DNA of 64,000 bases from Octopus sinensis (taxonomy: Eukaryota), in the NCBI RefSeq assembly GCF_006345805.1, contig NC_042997.1, forward strand, positions 114,700,001-114,764,000, written 5' to 3'. The notes beneath the pieces are model-generated. The model saw only the letters and a program-made list of their open reading frames with translations. It was not told where the DNA came from and did not search any database. Shown here piece after piece: positions 13,911 to 28,843 of the stretch. The position numbers were made by a program, and so were the translations under genes. Each line of letters starts with the position of its first letter. Within the stretch, counting starts at the first letter, position 1.

Positions 13911-14499
13911 CATTCTCTTTCTCTCACTTCTTCTCTGTCCTCCTGTCTCTCACTTTGCCACTTCTTTGAAGTAAGTGTGATGCACACAACAGGTATGTAC
14001 AAAAACAAAAAGCATATTAATATGATTGATGAAGAGATTTCAATGGATTAAGAAAAAGGACTTTTGATGCTGTGAAAAAACAAAAGAAACTTTCACAATA
14101 TCCTCTTCCAATATTGATTTTTAGAATTATTTCCACAATTTTATGCCCCCTCCCCTCTCAAAAGATTTTTTTATTTTGCAAGGTACTTGGTGACCCTGTC
14201 AGTGCAGGTGCCACTTAAAAAACATCCAGCCCACACTGTAAAGTGGTTGGCATTTGGAAGGGCATCCAGCAGTAAAAACCTTGCCTAAACTGACCTCACG
14301 TGTGCTTGTGTCACGTAAAAAGCACTAAGTCCATTCTACTGAGTGGTTGGTGTGAGAAAAGGTGTCCAGCTGTAAAAATCCTGCTAAAACAGTCAGAGAA
14401 GTCTGGGTCAGGCTTCTGCTTAGTTGGCTTCTATCAAACTGTCCCACCCATGCCAGCATGGAAAGCAGAGGTTAAACGATGAATGATAATTGACTCATG

Positions 14500-14985
14500 A
14501 AAGTTTTCACTCAGGTGGCAGTGAGTTCAAGAGAGCAGCAGTTTGAGAAAAGGAGCTATTGGAATAAAAGGATTCATGGGCGATAGGAATTTCAACAAAG
14601 AAATGATGTGCTTGGGAAGATAAACAGGGGACACATCTAAAAGGTCTGGACAGAGGGTACATCTCAAGAAAGTCCATCAGAGCGATGACTATGGCTATAT
14701 TTACAGAAAAGACACAATGAAGACACACTTCAACAACTCGTAGAAAAAAGAAGACCCACCAATCTAAAGATAACAACAATATTTAATGCAAGGTCAAACT
14801 GTGCCCTTACAAGGTACTTGTGTAAGAAATTTGCAAACACAGAAACAAGATCCAACCTTCTTGGACTGAACATGTTTTTCCATAGGAGATCTTTGGTCAA
14901 AGTCAAACTAAGAAGTCCAAATACAGTAGCTTTCTGACTGATTGAGTCCACCCATAGCAATGGAAGAAAAGAATGACTGCCTATA
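14500..14985 (-). mobile_element. Degenerate LINE (CR1/L2/Jockey group) 3' fragment
   Basis: GLLSLTLTKDLLW and YSNSSFSQTAALLNSLP resemble RT C-terminal motifs. Confidence 0.55.
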
Positions 14986-14989
14986 ACTA

Positions 14990-15290
14990 TTCTTCTTCTT
15001 CTTTATGCCTTTAACCCTCCTATGTGGAGTATAGGCCACTTATAGTTGAATTCCATGTCGCATAATTTTTGGCTTCTGTACTAATACTCTGCCATGAATG
15101 TCCCCCTTTCTCTAGTTCCTTTTGTGTTGATCTCCATCACGAGTTCTCTTTCTATATCCAGCTAGTTTCCACTGTAAAGCACTTTTCACAACATTTGGTG
15201 TGTCTTTTCTAATTGTGTTACCAACCCATTTCCACTTTTTCTTAAATATTTGCTCCCTAATCGAAACTTCATTAACTATTAACTGACCAA
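14990..15290 (-). mobile_element. RTE LINE 3' fragment
   Basis: KKWKWVGNTIRKDTPNVVKSALQWKLAGYRKR and a (GAA)n tail. Confidence 0.65.
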
Positions 15291-15437
15291 AATTTTGTCT
15301 TGCCAGCATTAAAAGTCACCAGCCAGTCACTAACTTGTTCCATGACTGTGCAAAGATAATCCTCAAAAATGGCAGACTTACATAGTATGAAGATGAATGG
15401 GAGCGGGGAAGAGACAAAAGTGAAAACTGTTTCTTAC

Positions 15438-15525
15438 CTTCTTCTTCTTGTGGGGAGCTTGGCATAATTATTTTCCTTTTCATACCTTTTCCATCTGACT
15501 GAACAGCTTTCAATATAGTCTTCTC
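15438..15525 (-). CDS. ANKRD11/12: ANKRD11/12-like gene, most upstream exon found (EKTILKAVQSDGKGMKRKIIMPSSPQEEE-)
   Basis: Acceptor ttttag and donor G|gtaaga; 88 nt, open frame ending in phase 1, compatible with the next exon. The start is either the ATG at 15483 or an unseen upstream exon. Confidence 0.65.
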
Positions 15526-18500
15526 CTAAAATCACAGAACAAATTCCTGATTAAAATATGAAACTAGAAAAAGTACAAAAAGAACAAAGTATAAGAAGAG
15601 TTGATGTCTTGTTCAGGGGACAAGCAAATAGTTGCAACAACAAACTGAAATAAGTCCAAAAAGTTCAATGAAAACTTCTGGTTGTAACACAGCATTCCAC
15701 ACAGTTAAAGACAAAAATGGGTAAATATAACAATGGAAGATGTTGATTTCATGAGATTTTGAAGGTTTTTTTCATAAAAACCTGTATTTTCAACAAATTT
15801 AAGTTATCTTTTATCTTTTGCTTATTTCAGTAGTTAGACTGTGGCCATGCTGGCCTTAAAGAATTTTTAGTCAAACGAATCAACCCAAATACTTATTCTA
15901 TCATTCTCTTTTGCTGAACTGCTAAGATACAAGGATGTAAACACACCAACACTGGCTGTCAAGCAGTGGTGGGAGACAAACACAGACACAAAGACACACA
16001 CATACAGACACACGTTAGGCTTCTTTCAGTTTCCATCTACCAAATCCACTCACAAGGTTTTGGTTAGCCAGATTATAGTAGAAGACACTTGCCCAAGGTG
16101 CCACACAGTGGGACCGAACCTGGAACCATGTAATAGGGAAGCAAGCTTCTTACCAGATATCCATGCCTTTATTATATAATAACTATTTCTATTGACATAA
16201 TTACTATAAAATAACATTGCTGAAAATATATCATAAGGGTGTGTGGTTAAGAAGCTTACTTCCCAAGCAGGTGGTCTTGGGTTCAGTCCCAATGTACAGT
16301 ACCTTGGTTAAGCATCTTCTATAACCCCAGGTCTACTAAAGCCTTATGAGTAGATTTGGAAGATGGAAATTGAAAGAAGCCTGCTGTACGTGTGTGTATA
16401 TTTGCATTTCCTTGTCTTGATATCATGTGATAGTTGTAAACGAGTGTCACTGTCATATAAGCAGTGTCACTTACTTTCAATAATCTGCAAAAATATGTCT
16501 GGCCATGAGGAAATAATACACTGCTTGGAAACAGGCGAGGGTTGGCAACAAGAAAAATATCTGTCCATAGAATATCTGCCTTAACAAAAACTCCATCGGA
16601 CCCAATCAGGCATGGAAAAGTGAATGTTATGATAATGATGATATAGAAATATAAATTTCTTACATTAGTACAAAGCCATCCATCAACAGGGATAACATAT
16701 AGCTGACTGAACAGACCAAAGCTCATTTTTTTTAATAATATTTTATACACGGGCAGAGAGCTGGTAGAATTGTTAGCATGCCAGGCGAAGTGCTTAGCAG
16801 TATTTCATTCTGAGTTCGAATTCTGCTGAAGTCGACTTTGCCTTTCATCCTTTCGGGGTCGATTAAATAAGTACACACTGGGGGTCGATATAATCGACTT
16901 AATCCCTTTGTCTGTTCCCTCTATGTTTAGCCTCCTGTGGGGCAATAAAGAAATAAATATTTTATAGACTCCAGACAGATCTGAATTCAGGACATAGAGG
17001 AACCAATACTAATAAACACTGTAAGGGATAGATTTTGCTTCCACCATACCCTGATGGCAGTAGCTTTTATCATTTTTTTTTTGTTTCAGTGATTGGATTG
17101 CAGCCATGCTGGAGTACCACCCACAAGGTCTTAGTCAAACAAATCAACTCCAGTTGTTTTGTTATTTTTTTTTTTTACTTATTTTATTTACTTAGTTTTG
17201 CCAACTTGCTAATTTAGTTGGTCATAAAGAAACCAACATCAGTTGTCAAGTGATGGCGAGAAACAAACAAAGACACTCGCCTGGTGCAGGCGCTAGTTCT
17301 CCAGGCCTCAGTCAAACCTTCCAACCCATGCCAGCATGGAAGACGGATGTTATACGATGATGATGACACACATGCGTATACAATGGGCTTACACACAGCT
17401 TCTGTCTACCAATTCACACACAAGGTATTAGTCAGCCTGGGACAGTAGTAGAAGACACTTACCCAAGGTGCCACACGGTGGGACTGAACCTGAAACCATG
17501 TGGTTGCAAAGCAAGCCTCATAACTACACAAGTATAAATAGGCATGTGCTTGAGAAAACCAGTCAAGTCAAGTGAAATCGTAAGTGGTACCCATGCTGGT
17601 GGCACGTAAAAAGCACCTTTCAAGTGTTGGGCTTCACGGAGACAAAGTAGCTGAGATCCTTTTGAGTGTTGGGCCTCATGGAGGTAATGACTGAGACCTT
17701 TGGCATTATTGTGTGTTTGAGAAGACCCATCAAGCCGAGCAAAATTACAGTTGTGGCAGATACCAATGCCATGCAAATGGCACCTGTGCTGGCGGCACAT
17801 AAAAGCACTCATTACACTACTCTCAGAGTGGTTGGTATTAGGAAGGGCATCCAGTTGTAGAAAACCATGCCAAACCAGACTGGAATCTGGTGCAGCCTTC
17901 CAGCTTGCCAGGCCCAGCCGAACTGTCCAACCCATGGACAATGGACATCAAATTGATGATGATGAGTGAGTGTGTTTGTGTGTGTGCCTGTCTTTATAAT
18001 AGTTTGAAGTCTTCCAATAAGGAACAAGATGGTTTCTAACAAAGAAACAAAGACAATTTGCTGAAATTTGCATAACAAAACAAAAAACATTACATTTTAA
18101 ACTTTAATGAAGGCTTGTGTATTTATTACTGTTCCACTTACTGACTGTATTCATAAAGTGTGTGTTAAGTGGCCACTTTCCTGGTCTGAAAACCCTAACT
18201 TTCCAAGATTGTCACTTAAACATTTATTAAGATAGTCAAGTGTACCAATAACCATTAGTATAAATGTGAATTTATAATCAAAGGATAGAAACAAGGTTTG
18301 AAGCAGTTGTACATAGCCTTCTTTTTTTTGAGTAACATTCACATCGGTAGATTAGTTAAACTTTATGATTATACAGTTTTTTTTTTTCTCTTTTATGTCC
18401 CAAACAATTACAATTAGATCTGTTAAGTTTGCACTTGATAGAAGTTTAAATGAGATTGCTCCACTAATATTCCTTGTGTTGGTATGTATGTATGTATGTG

Positions 18501-21500
18501 CTGGTGCCATGTGAAAAACACCCAGTGCACTCTATGAAGTCATTAGCATTAGGAAGATCATCCAGCCATAACAACCACACCAACGCAGACACCAGATGGT
18601 GTTGGTACCATGTAAAAGCACCCAGTCTACTCTATACAGTAACAGACATTAGAAAGAGCATCCAGCTGTAAAAACCATGCTAAAGCAGACAGTAACTGGC
18701 TTGCCATCATCATTATCCAGTGTTTTAAATCCAGGTTTTGTCCCTGTTAACAGGGGTGGTTGGATCTACTTTAATGCCATAGCAACTGAGGTAGGCAGGT
18801 GCAGCCCACCACAACCTTTGGGCTGGCTGGTGCCCATTCTCCTTTGATTTTTTTGGAGCTAGATTTTCTATAGGGAGCATGCCTTGCTTACCCCCAACCG
18901 CAGTTTCTAGAAATGAGTAGTCCTGAGACCAAGACCTCAACCATGGTTTTTAAGAAATGTGGTGGAAAACTAGTTCAGAAAGACAGGGATAGCCATTGAT
19001 TGCAAGTCTAATATCTTTCACAAAGCTATACCTCTAAAAAGCACGCACTACGCTCTCAGAGTGGTTGGCATTAGGAAGGGCATCCAGCTGTCGGAGTATT
19101 CCCAGATCAGATTGGAGCCTGGTGCAGCTGCTGGCTTTCCAGACCTCAGTCAAACCGTTCAACCCAAGCCAGCATGGAAAGTGGATGTTAAATGATGATG
19201 ATGATGAAAATTGTAACAATTGACATCTGCATGCATTCACCTCTGACATTTCTAAGTTGTTGTCAACCATAAGAAATAACTACCGTATCATTAGTCATTG
19301 TTAGTCAACAAGAAACCATCCTCAGAAATAAAAAATCCAACAACCATTCTGTCTTTAAAAACGCGTGCAAAACTTTCAAGATCCAAACCTTAAAATAGCA
19401 TGTTTTGAATAGAGAGAGAGAGAGATGAACATAATTATAACACAGCTCATAGATAGAAGTCTAACCCTACTGATATGCTGGGTACCTGTTATCTACATAT
19501 CTGGAGGTGATGAAACTGGTGGTTTCTATGCCAGCAATGCGTTCAGGTTGAGCTAACAAAGGCTCAATGACATTTTGCTCTCTCTCTCTCTCTATTCCAT
19601 CTCTAATCTGCAGGAGATTAATCACAGTGTTACAATAACATGACTCACACTCACTGTTGACATTATCTATATATCTACACAGTTATTCAGTTTTTATGAT
19701 AGAGATCTTGATCTTTAAAACCTATCCAAGTTAGAAATATCTTTGCCTCTGCCACCCCAGGTTACATGTAGCAGAAAACTGCACTGAGGTCAACTGTATT
19801 GGTTAACATTGTAAGCCTGTTTTTTTATTGCTCATTGTATTTTATACACACACACACACACATACCATCATCATCATCGTTTACTGTCCATTTTCCATGC
19901 TGGCATGGGTTGGACAGTTTGACTGAGGACTGGCGAACCAGAAAGGTGCACCAGGCTCCAATCTGATCTGGCAGAGTTTCTACAGCTGGATGTCCTTCCT
20001 TAACACCAGCTATCCCGAGTGTGTAGTGGGTGCTTTTATGTGCCACCTGCACGGGCAACGACCACACTCGAATGTTGTTTTTCACGTGCCACCAGCATGA
20101 GCACCTTCAATGTTATTGCATCATCATTTTAATATTCACTTTTCCACGCTTACTTAGATCAGATGGAATTTGTTGAGGCAGACTTTCTAAGCCAGACGCC
20201 CTTCCTGCCATCAACCTCCATCTGTTTCCAAGTAAGGTAATAATTTCCCCCATGGCGGGACAATATTTTCGCAGACTGAAAACCAATGACATAACTTGTA
20301 TGATGGTCACACTAATGTCAAGACAAAGAGACCGCACACACATGGCTTCTTTCTCCATCTATGAAATCCATTCACAAGGTTTTGGTTAACACAATAGACA
20401 CTTGCTCAAAGTGCCATGTATATACATAAGCATCATTATTTGATGTCCGTTTTTCCAGCTGGCATGGATTGGACAGTTTGACAAGAACAGACGAGTTAGA
20501 GTGCTCTCCTAGGCTCTGTATCAATTTTGGTAAGGTTTCTACAGCTGCAAGATCTTCTTAATGCCAACCATTTAACAGAGTATACTGGGTGCTTTTTATA
20601 TGACACTAGCACTTGTGAGACAACCAATTACCTGCAAGATAAAATCCCTCAACTGAGAGGGGTACGGATTGGAGGAATAAGAATCTCTGATAGAGAAAGA
20701 GAGAGGAGCAGGTATCTTGCTGAAGCGGTGAAAACTTGGCATGCCTGCCAGTGGCACATAAAATGCACCATTCAAGTGTGATTGTTGTTAGTGCCAGCTG
20801 ACTGGCTCCCATGCTGGTGGCACGTAAAAAGCACCATTCAAGCCTGGTTGATGCCAGTACCGCCTGACTGGCCCTCATGCCAGTGGCATGTATAAAGCAC
20901 CCACTACACTCTCAGAGTGGTTGGCGATAGAAAGGGCATCCAGCTGTAGAAACTTTACCAGATCGGATTGGAGCTTAGTGCAGCCTTCTGGCTTGCCAGC
21001 CCTAAGTCAAACTGTCCAACCCATGCCAGCATGGAAAGCGAACGTTAAATGACGATGACAACAATATATATATCATCATCATTGTTTAACGTCTGCCTTC
21101 CATGCTGGCATGGGTTGGACAGTTTGACATGGAGCTGGCCAACTCCAAGTGTCTGTTGGAATCTGGACTCCAATTATGTACAACTTCATAAAGCAAAATA
21201 ACATGAAATAAACGTTTTTATAACACCACAAAACAGGAAATAGAAGCCAAAATATTACATTACCTTCTGAGAAGGTGATTTCTTTTCGGACATGTCTTGC
21301 ATCCAAAACACTACAATATTTATTATAGAAGGCATGCAGACAGCTTTCAGGTATCTCTGTCAAGTATCCAGAGAATTTCCAAAAGTATGAGAAATAATCA
21401 AAAAAATATTTTGCATCTGAAAGGAGAAAGAGAAATACTCGTTAAAAAATGTATGGGCTATAAAAGAATTTTAAGTTTTCAACAACAGAACTGCATGAAA

Positions 21501-22025
21501 TACTCAAATGTTTAACTTCAAATGGAAATGATTTTATTGTTTTACTTGTCATGCTGGAGTACCACCTTTAGTTGAATAAATCAACCCCAGGACTTCTCCT
21601 TTGTAAGCCTAGTACTTATTCTATCAGTCTGTTTTGCCGAACCGCTAAGTTACGGGGATGTAAATGCACCAGCATTGGTTGTCAAGCTATGGTGGGGGGA
21701 CAAACACAGACACACCAACACACACACATATATATATACGGCAAATAAGAAAGTGGAGAGGATACAAAATCGACAGACATCAGCCGGTAAACATTGTAGT
21801 ATGTCTATTTATTCCAATGTATTAGATGAATACATACATGTATTAGTTTAACCTACACAAGTTAGCGTGTAAAAAATAAAATAGGAATTTTGAAAGAAGT
21901 ATCAATGAACTAGCTTTTACACATTGAATGGCTATGAGGATCCACCAGAATTTAATAGGGATGAAAGGGGTCCTTAGATAAAAAAAAAAAATTTTTTTTA
22001 AACGGTTGAGAACTATTTGTTTACA

Positions 22026-22190
22026 AGTGGTTGTGTGGTGAGTAGCTTGCTTACCAACCACATGGTTCCAGGTTCAGTCCCACTGCATGGCACCTTGAGC
22101 AAGTGCCTTGTACTATAGTCGTGGGCCGACCAAAACCTTGAGAGTGGATTTGGTAGACGCAAACTGAAAGAAGCCTGTCATGTGTGTGTG

Positions 22191-22221
<31 letters not shown>

Positions 22222-22420
22222 TTGTGTGCCTGTCCCCCCAAACATCACTTGACAACCAATATTGGTGCATTTACGTCCCCATAACTTAGAAGTTCGGCAA
22301 AAGAGACTGATAGAATAAGTACAAGGCTTACAAAGAATAAGTCCTGGAGTTGCTTTGTTCAATTAAAGGCAGTGCTCCAGCATGGCTGCAGTCAAATGAC
22401 TGAAACAAACAAAAGAATAC
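22026..22420 (+). mobile_element. tRNA-derived SINE, family A (copies near 15815-16165, 32145-32515, 36716-37115, 43511-43890, 49140-49530, 57763-57925)
   Basis: gtggttgtgtggt...ggttcagtccc head, caccttgrgcaagtg CORE-like segment, internal (TA)/(TG) tract, and a ccagcatggctgcagtcaaatgactgaaac tail. Confidence 0.85.
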
Positions 22421-25400
22421 ACTTCAAATCTAATAGCTACAGAGAAGTGGAACTACCCTCAATATATAACGAATGCCTCGTTATGTTTGAGGCATTATTA
22501 CACCTGTCTCTGACTATGAACTTGAAAATGTTTATCATTAACTGAGTTATTAATGTTTCGAGTGTAGAGTGGTGGGGGGAGTGGCTAATAGTGTGAGATA
22601 GCAACACTGAAGTGATGTGAGAATGAGAACACTGAAAAGTTGATTAGCTTGGAGATACATAATTTCAATAAGTAGTATTTGATCTAGATCGCAGACATGG
22701 ACATCAAGATTATAACATACTACTACTACTACAACACAGAAAGACAATAACAATTTGAAACCAGAAAATAATTTGATTTATAAATGGAAAAAAAAAAATT
22801 ACTGACAGTTATGAATAGTACCAATTAACAAATCGAAAACAAACAAAAACAAAAAAAATATCTGAAAATAGACGAAAGAAAGGAAGGAAGTGAGAGAGAG
22901 AGAGAGAGTGAGAAAGAGAGAATGGGGGCAAAGAGACAGTAAAGAAAAGAAAAAAAGAACATAATAATAGAGGAAGAGAGAGGTAGGGGGAGCAAAAGTT
23001 GATTCAAGACAATCCTACAACAGCTTAGAGGATCAGTGACTAGGTCATAAATATAGAAAGAGACAAATTGATATATATATATATATAATATTATGAAGTA
23101 ATAATAAAAGTTAGTAGCTGTAGTTTAGCTCCAAGTCAACCCTGATAGATCAGATGGTGTTTCAGCCATGGCCATCCAGTTTTTTTTGTTTTTTTTTAAA
23201 TTCTTTTAGTCCTAGCACTGTAGTATCCTTTGAGTGTTTTCTTTTTTAAAGACAATAGGTATATTCTGAAAGGGATTTTGCTGCTGTTTCTAGCAGGCTG
23301 AGCAAATACTTATTAACTGCCAAACTGCAACTATTTTAGTACCAACCACATTGGCCAAAACACCTAATTGGTATTCTTTTAATCAATATTAAAACAATTA
23401 AGGATAAACACTGAGCTTAGTTTTTACTAAATCTATTAACTGTTGAGCCATCCAGTAAGGCTACATGGTCGCTTTACACAGACATGGGGCAGCGGAAAGA
23501 AATAGCAGCCAAATTCCCCTCAATTCACACTCAACTGTTCCTAAAGAAATAATAAAAAGTTGAAGGTCATATTGGATGATATAATCTTGGATTCACTACC
23601 CGAAGAGAATACTTGAAATGGTCATTACTGGAATGTATTTGATCAAAGGTCATAACTGTCTAGCACTGAAATACTATGACTATTTTCACTATTAATTGCA
23701 TACTCTGATGAAGAGGTTAGGGTAGAGAAAGACATTAAACTAACTCCAGCATGGTGTGGAGAGTAAAAAAAACTCAGACTGCTAACAGTCGCAGAAACCA
23801 AACAGAAACTTAATGGGTGTATCAAAACTGACTGTAACATTAGGGCTTGCAGGAACTCATCTAGAAGCAATACACACATGGAAAAAGATGTCATTACACT
23901 ATACAACTGTATCTAGAAGTTGAAAAAAAGGATTGAAATTCTGAGCTTCACTTGCATTTCTTTTATGCCAATTAATTTACACAGATTATCTAAAGCTCAA
24001 TAACTTGTGTGTGTGTGTGCGTGCGTGCACCTTGCTGAATGGTTAAGAAGTTTGCTTCCTAATCGTGGTCTTAGGTTCAGTCCTGTTGTGCTGGCACCTT
24101 GAGACAAGCGTCTTCTACAAAAGCTCTGGGCTGACCAAAGCCTCGAATGGATTAGGTAGATGGAAACTGAAAGAAGCCAATCACACACACACAGCAATGT
24201 ATACTAGGAGACAAACGTACAATGTTCATGTTTGACATTCTACAATTAAGAGACTAGAGTATTGCACAAAAAAAAAAAAAAATAATAAAAAGAAATGCCC
24301 AGGAGATTTGCTATATAGTCAGGAGTTAGTTTATGCAGCAGTTAATATTCAAAGAATGCTACACTGCTAGAAACAATTGACAGGAGATAAATTATGCTCA
24401 TTACCAAAATAGAAAAAACAAGCAGACAGTTTGAGCTAAAAAGGGAGCCTCTATAAAGTCACCCGACTGCTAGAAGTAGCAAATCCATTGCTTGATTTAA
24501 CACCTGGCCTACCACTGACTGACTATTTAAGTCCACTCTGTTGCAAGCATTCAGACCAAGTCTCCAGTTTCAGGATAATCTATCAACTGGGGCTTCTACT
24601 TTTTACTTGACCAGTCTTAGGTTCATAGGTGTGGTCCTTCCTCCTTTTGCTAGGCCCAAACAAAACTTCTACAATCTTAAAAAAAAAGGGGGCCTATTAG
24701 ACAATGTAGTCCTAGATACACCATGGCTGAAAGAAGAAAGAAAAACAAAAAAGAACAAGCAACAAAAGACAGTACTAATGCAATTAGAACACTTTCAATC
24801 AAAGGTTTGCCCCATCAGAATTGACTTGAAACGAAACTAATATTAAACAGTTGAAAACATTTACAACCATTGCATAATGTCTAGACACGGGTAGACACAA
24901 CACACACATTTATATACGTGTGTTTGTGTTCACATACACAATGGGATTTTTTCAGTTTCCATCAACCAAATCCATTTACATAGCCTGGGGCTATAGCAAG
25001 CACTTGCCTAAGGTGCCATGCAGTGGGACTAAATTTGACAGCCCCATGGCTGGAAGCTTTTCAACCACACACTCACACATGCTGAGTAAATAAATAAACA
25101 TACTCAAAATGACATTCGTTTGAATTAGAGCTGTATAAACATCAACATCATTTCAACAACTTCTATTAACAACAAATCATAAATCCTTGCACATAATACA
25201 AAAAACTACCAACTTGAAACTGAGCTGGCAAAAAGCTAATATCAATAGACAATGATGATGTTTTACAATAAAATAACTCATTGATTAAGGCAGTGAAGAG
25301 TGACTACATTAACAATTTCAGTAGAAGAAACAGTGGAATCTATCTTAATCATAAGCCTACCAATGTGAACACCAGCAGACATATTACATTATATATGTGG

Positions 25401-28400
25401 ACGTATGTGGTATGCACATATGTAAATATTGCACTGACATCTCACAGTTTGGAAGTCAATGGTGATGTTAATCCTTCAGCATTCAGATTACTTTGTCTAA
25501 CATAATGCTTTTTTTATTCACATTGTTTTGAATTATTCATGCATTATCTCAAAGCTTTGAGACTTCAATGATGTGATTGGTTATTTCTAGAATGGCACTG
25601 GAAGTTAAGTGTAAGAGTTCAGATCTGGCCCATCTGAAGATAAAACAGGTAGAATATTTGGGCCAGATATGGCCAGTTTAAATGCTAAAAAGTTATACAT
25701 TATTTTAGTATCTCTGACTTTTTCAAACTGGCTCTAAGTGTAAACTGAAGTGAGTTGTCAGGTTTCTATTTTTTCCTGCCCATTTCTTTTGTTTTAGGTA
25801 TCTCATCCTTGGTAATTTAGCCATTTCTCATTAGTCATCTATCATCTCCCAGCTGTATCAATCTCAGTCAATATTGGGTGTCATTTGCAAATGTTTTTAA
25901 AGAGCCCCAACAGAAAATCACTTTTGTGGATTTCTCAGCCTCTCCATTTACATCAGAGCTTGTTAAGGTGCAGCAGTTGGTCTACTAACCAAGCCATAGC
26001 AGATGACTTTGTTACTTTTAGAATTAATATAAAGAGGGAACATGTTCCTTATAATAGGTATGTGTTGGTGAATACCAAACTACTGGATATAATATAATGC
26101 AGGCTGGTGTCACGTAAAAAACCCCTGTGCTGGTATCACATATAAAGCACCCAGTACACTCTGTAGAGTGTTTGGTGTCATGAAAGGTATCCAGCTGTAG
26201 AAACCATGCCAAAATAGACAATTGGAGCCTGGTGCTGACCTTGGTATGTCAGCTCCCATATCAAACTGTCAAATCCATGCCAGCATGGAAAACAGACACT
26301 CGAAGTGGTTGGTGTTAGGAAAGGCATTCAGTTGTAGGAACCACGCCAAATCAGACTGGAGTCTGGTGCAACCCCTCAGTTTACCAGCCCTGGTCAAACC
26401 ATCCAACCCATGCCAACAAGGACAATGGACAGGACACGAAACAATGATGTAAAAATTAAAGAAAGCAGTTTTCAAATTACATCTACTCTTTAAAGGCTTC
26501 ACACAGTTTCATTCTGGTGTCTTGAGTTAAATGGGCGTTGGTCTATAATTAATACACACACACACACCCAACATATGCTTTACATAATGCATTAATTAGT
26601 CCAGGCTCTAGTTGAAGGTGATCTACACATACACACAATATACATGTATAACCATTTCAACAGAGGGGGGGGGGCTGAACTTTGAACCTCCAGTCAAATG
26701 GTTCTATTGATGATAAACAGTGTCTCTGTGGAAACGAACAAAGCATTTTTCTTGAACACCAGTTGTGAAATATCTGCAGCACATAGTATATGCACACATC
26801 TCAATCCAAAAACTTGGTGGACCCATTCCTGAGAGTCACTGCAACAGATCAAGGTGCCGTTCAAGAATTTGGACCTGGAGATCTCCATTTCCAGTGACTT
26901 CGAGGGCCACCACCCAGTGGGGTCGCGTGTCAACGAAGAGCCCTCGACTAAAAGACGACCAAAATTTTTTTTTCCCCAAGACCATCACCTAATCACCCTT
27001 ACCCGTCTTGTTGCTTAACAACAACAGATCAAGGTCATCATATTTGTGGATTCTGACCACTTCCAACTGTATTTTCTATCACTGGACTATCATGGGACAG
27101 ATTTTGTACCACAGTTAACAAGCATATAGTATAGCTAGCATTTTGAGGTTGGAGATAAAACTGTGCCCTCCAAGCAACCCAATTCAACCATGTGATCAAC
27201 TGGATGTTAGTAGCTCCAGCTGAGAGTCAGAGTTCTTCTAGACCAGGATACAACAGTCAGGCATTGACCACACTGACAATATTGTTGTCTTCAGTTTAAA
27301 CCTTTAGCATTAATTATGTATTCACATTGTTTTTAATTAACCATGCATTTCCTTGTAGTTTTGAGATTTTAATGAGGTGATAGTTTATTTTTGGAATTAT
27401 ACTGTAGGGTAGGTGTGAGAGGCTGAATATGGCCACTTTGAACATAAAACAGGTAGAATATTTTGGCCAGATGTAGCTGGTGGGTATATTTGGGTCAGGT
27501 ATGGCCCAGTGGTTAGCATGTTGCACTCATGATCATTAAAATCATGGTTTTAATTCCCTGACCAGGTAGGGTGTTGTGTTTCTGAGCAAAACACTGTATT
27601 AGTAATCCTGCAATGGGCTATTGAGTGGGGTGTGTTGTAATCTCAATCACTTTAATGCTTGGCCGCGAGTCCTGGGGCTCATAACAGATCAAAGTGAATT
27701 AAGATCATGCTTGATGAACTCAAGGGTACCTTCAAAGCAATACAACCAAAGACAATATTTTTTCAGGACGGTGTAAATATCCAGCTATAAAAGATGGATA
27801 TATCTTTATTTGGAATAATCTTTGATACCTATTGGTTAATCATAGCAACATAGCTCCTAAAGTGACCAAAGACTCTTCTATAGTCTTGAAGAGCAAACAA
27901 GCCATGCAGAAAAAACTTGTGTTCCAAATAGTTTTCTACAGCAGTGAGACTGAAGATCAACATTGCCAGAGATTTGACAACTGGTATTGAAGAAGTAAAC
28001 ACTATCACATTAACCACATACATGTGTGTGTGTGAGATCACTAGACCTGCTGCTATGTGAATTTGAAGTCCTTTGTGTTAAGAATGTATCATGGCTGCAG
28101 GTCACCACTGATCAGAGAACCTATGTATTGACTGATAAAACAGACAGGTTCTCAAATTTGTCATTTATACATGACAGTTTATAAATAGTTGTTTGAGGTG
28201 CAAGAATCAGCTAAAACTGCAAAGAGAATGCAGCACCAAGTTCAAAATAATAATAATAATAATAATTTCAAATTTCAGCACAAGGCCAGCAATTTCAGGG
28301 TAAGGGATAAGTTAGTTACATTAACCCTGAAAGGATGAAAGACAAAGTCGACCTTGGTGTAATTTGAACACAGAATGTAAAGGTGGATAAAATGCAGCTA

Positions 28401-28459
28401 AGTTTTTGCCCAGTGTGCCAATGATGCTGCCAGCTTGTCTTATTATTATTATTGGTACA

Positions 28460-28843
28460 CCCATGTTGGTGGCACATAAAAAGCAAGTACCATTCAAGTA
28501 TGACCAATCCCAGTGCCGCCTGACTGGCACCTGTGCTGATGGCATGTAAAAATCACCATTCAAGCGTAACCAATACCAGGGCCATCTGACTGGCACCTGT
28601 GCTGGTGGCATGTAAAAACCACCATTTGAGCAGAGTTGATACCAGTTCCACCTGACTGGCTCCCGTGCTGGTGGCACATAAAAAGCACCCACTACACTCT
28701 CGGAGTGGTTGGTGTTAGGAAGGGCATCCAGCTGTAGAAACCATGCCAAATCAGACTGGAGCCTGGTGCAGCCTGCCAGTCCTCAGTAAAACTGTCCAAC
28801 CCATGCCAGCATAGAAAGCAGATGTTAAACGACGACGATGATG
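28460..28843 (+). mobile_element. SINE-like repeat, family B, with a (GAT)n tail and internal tandem units (more than 20 fragments on both strands)
   Basis: Conserved gagtggttggygttaggaagggcatccagctgtagaaac...ccaacccatgcyagcatggaaa...ttaaaygatgatgat end, preceded by a variable number of ~45-65 bp ggtggcacrtaaaaagcacc units. Confidence 0.85.
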
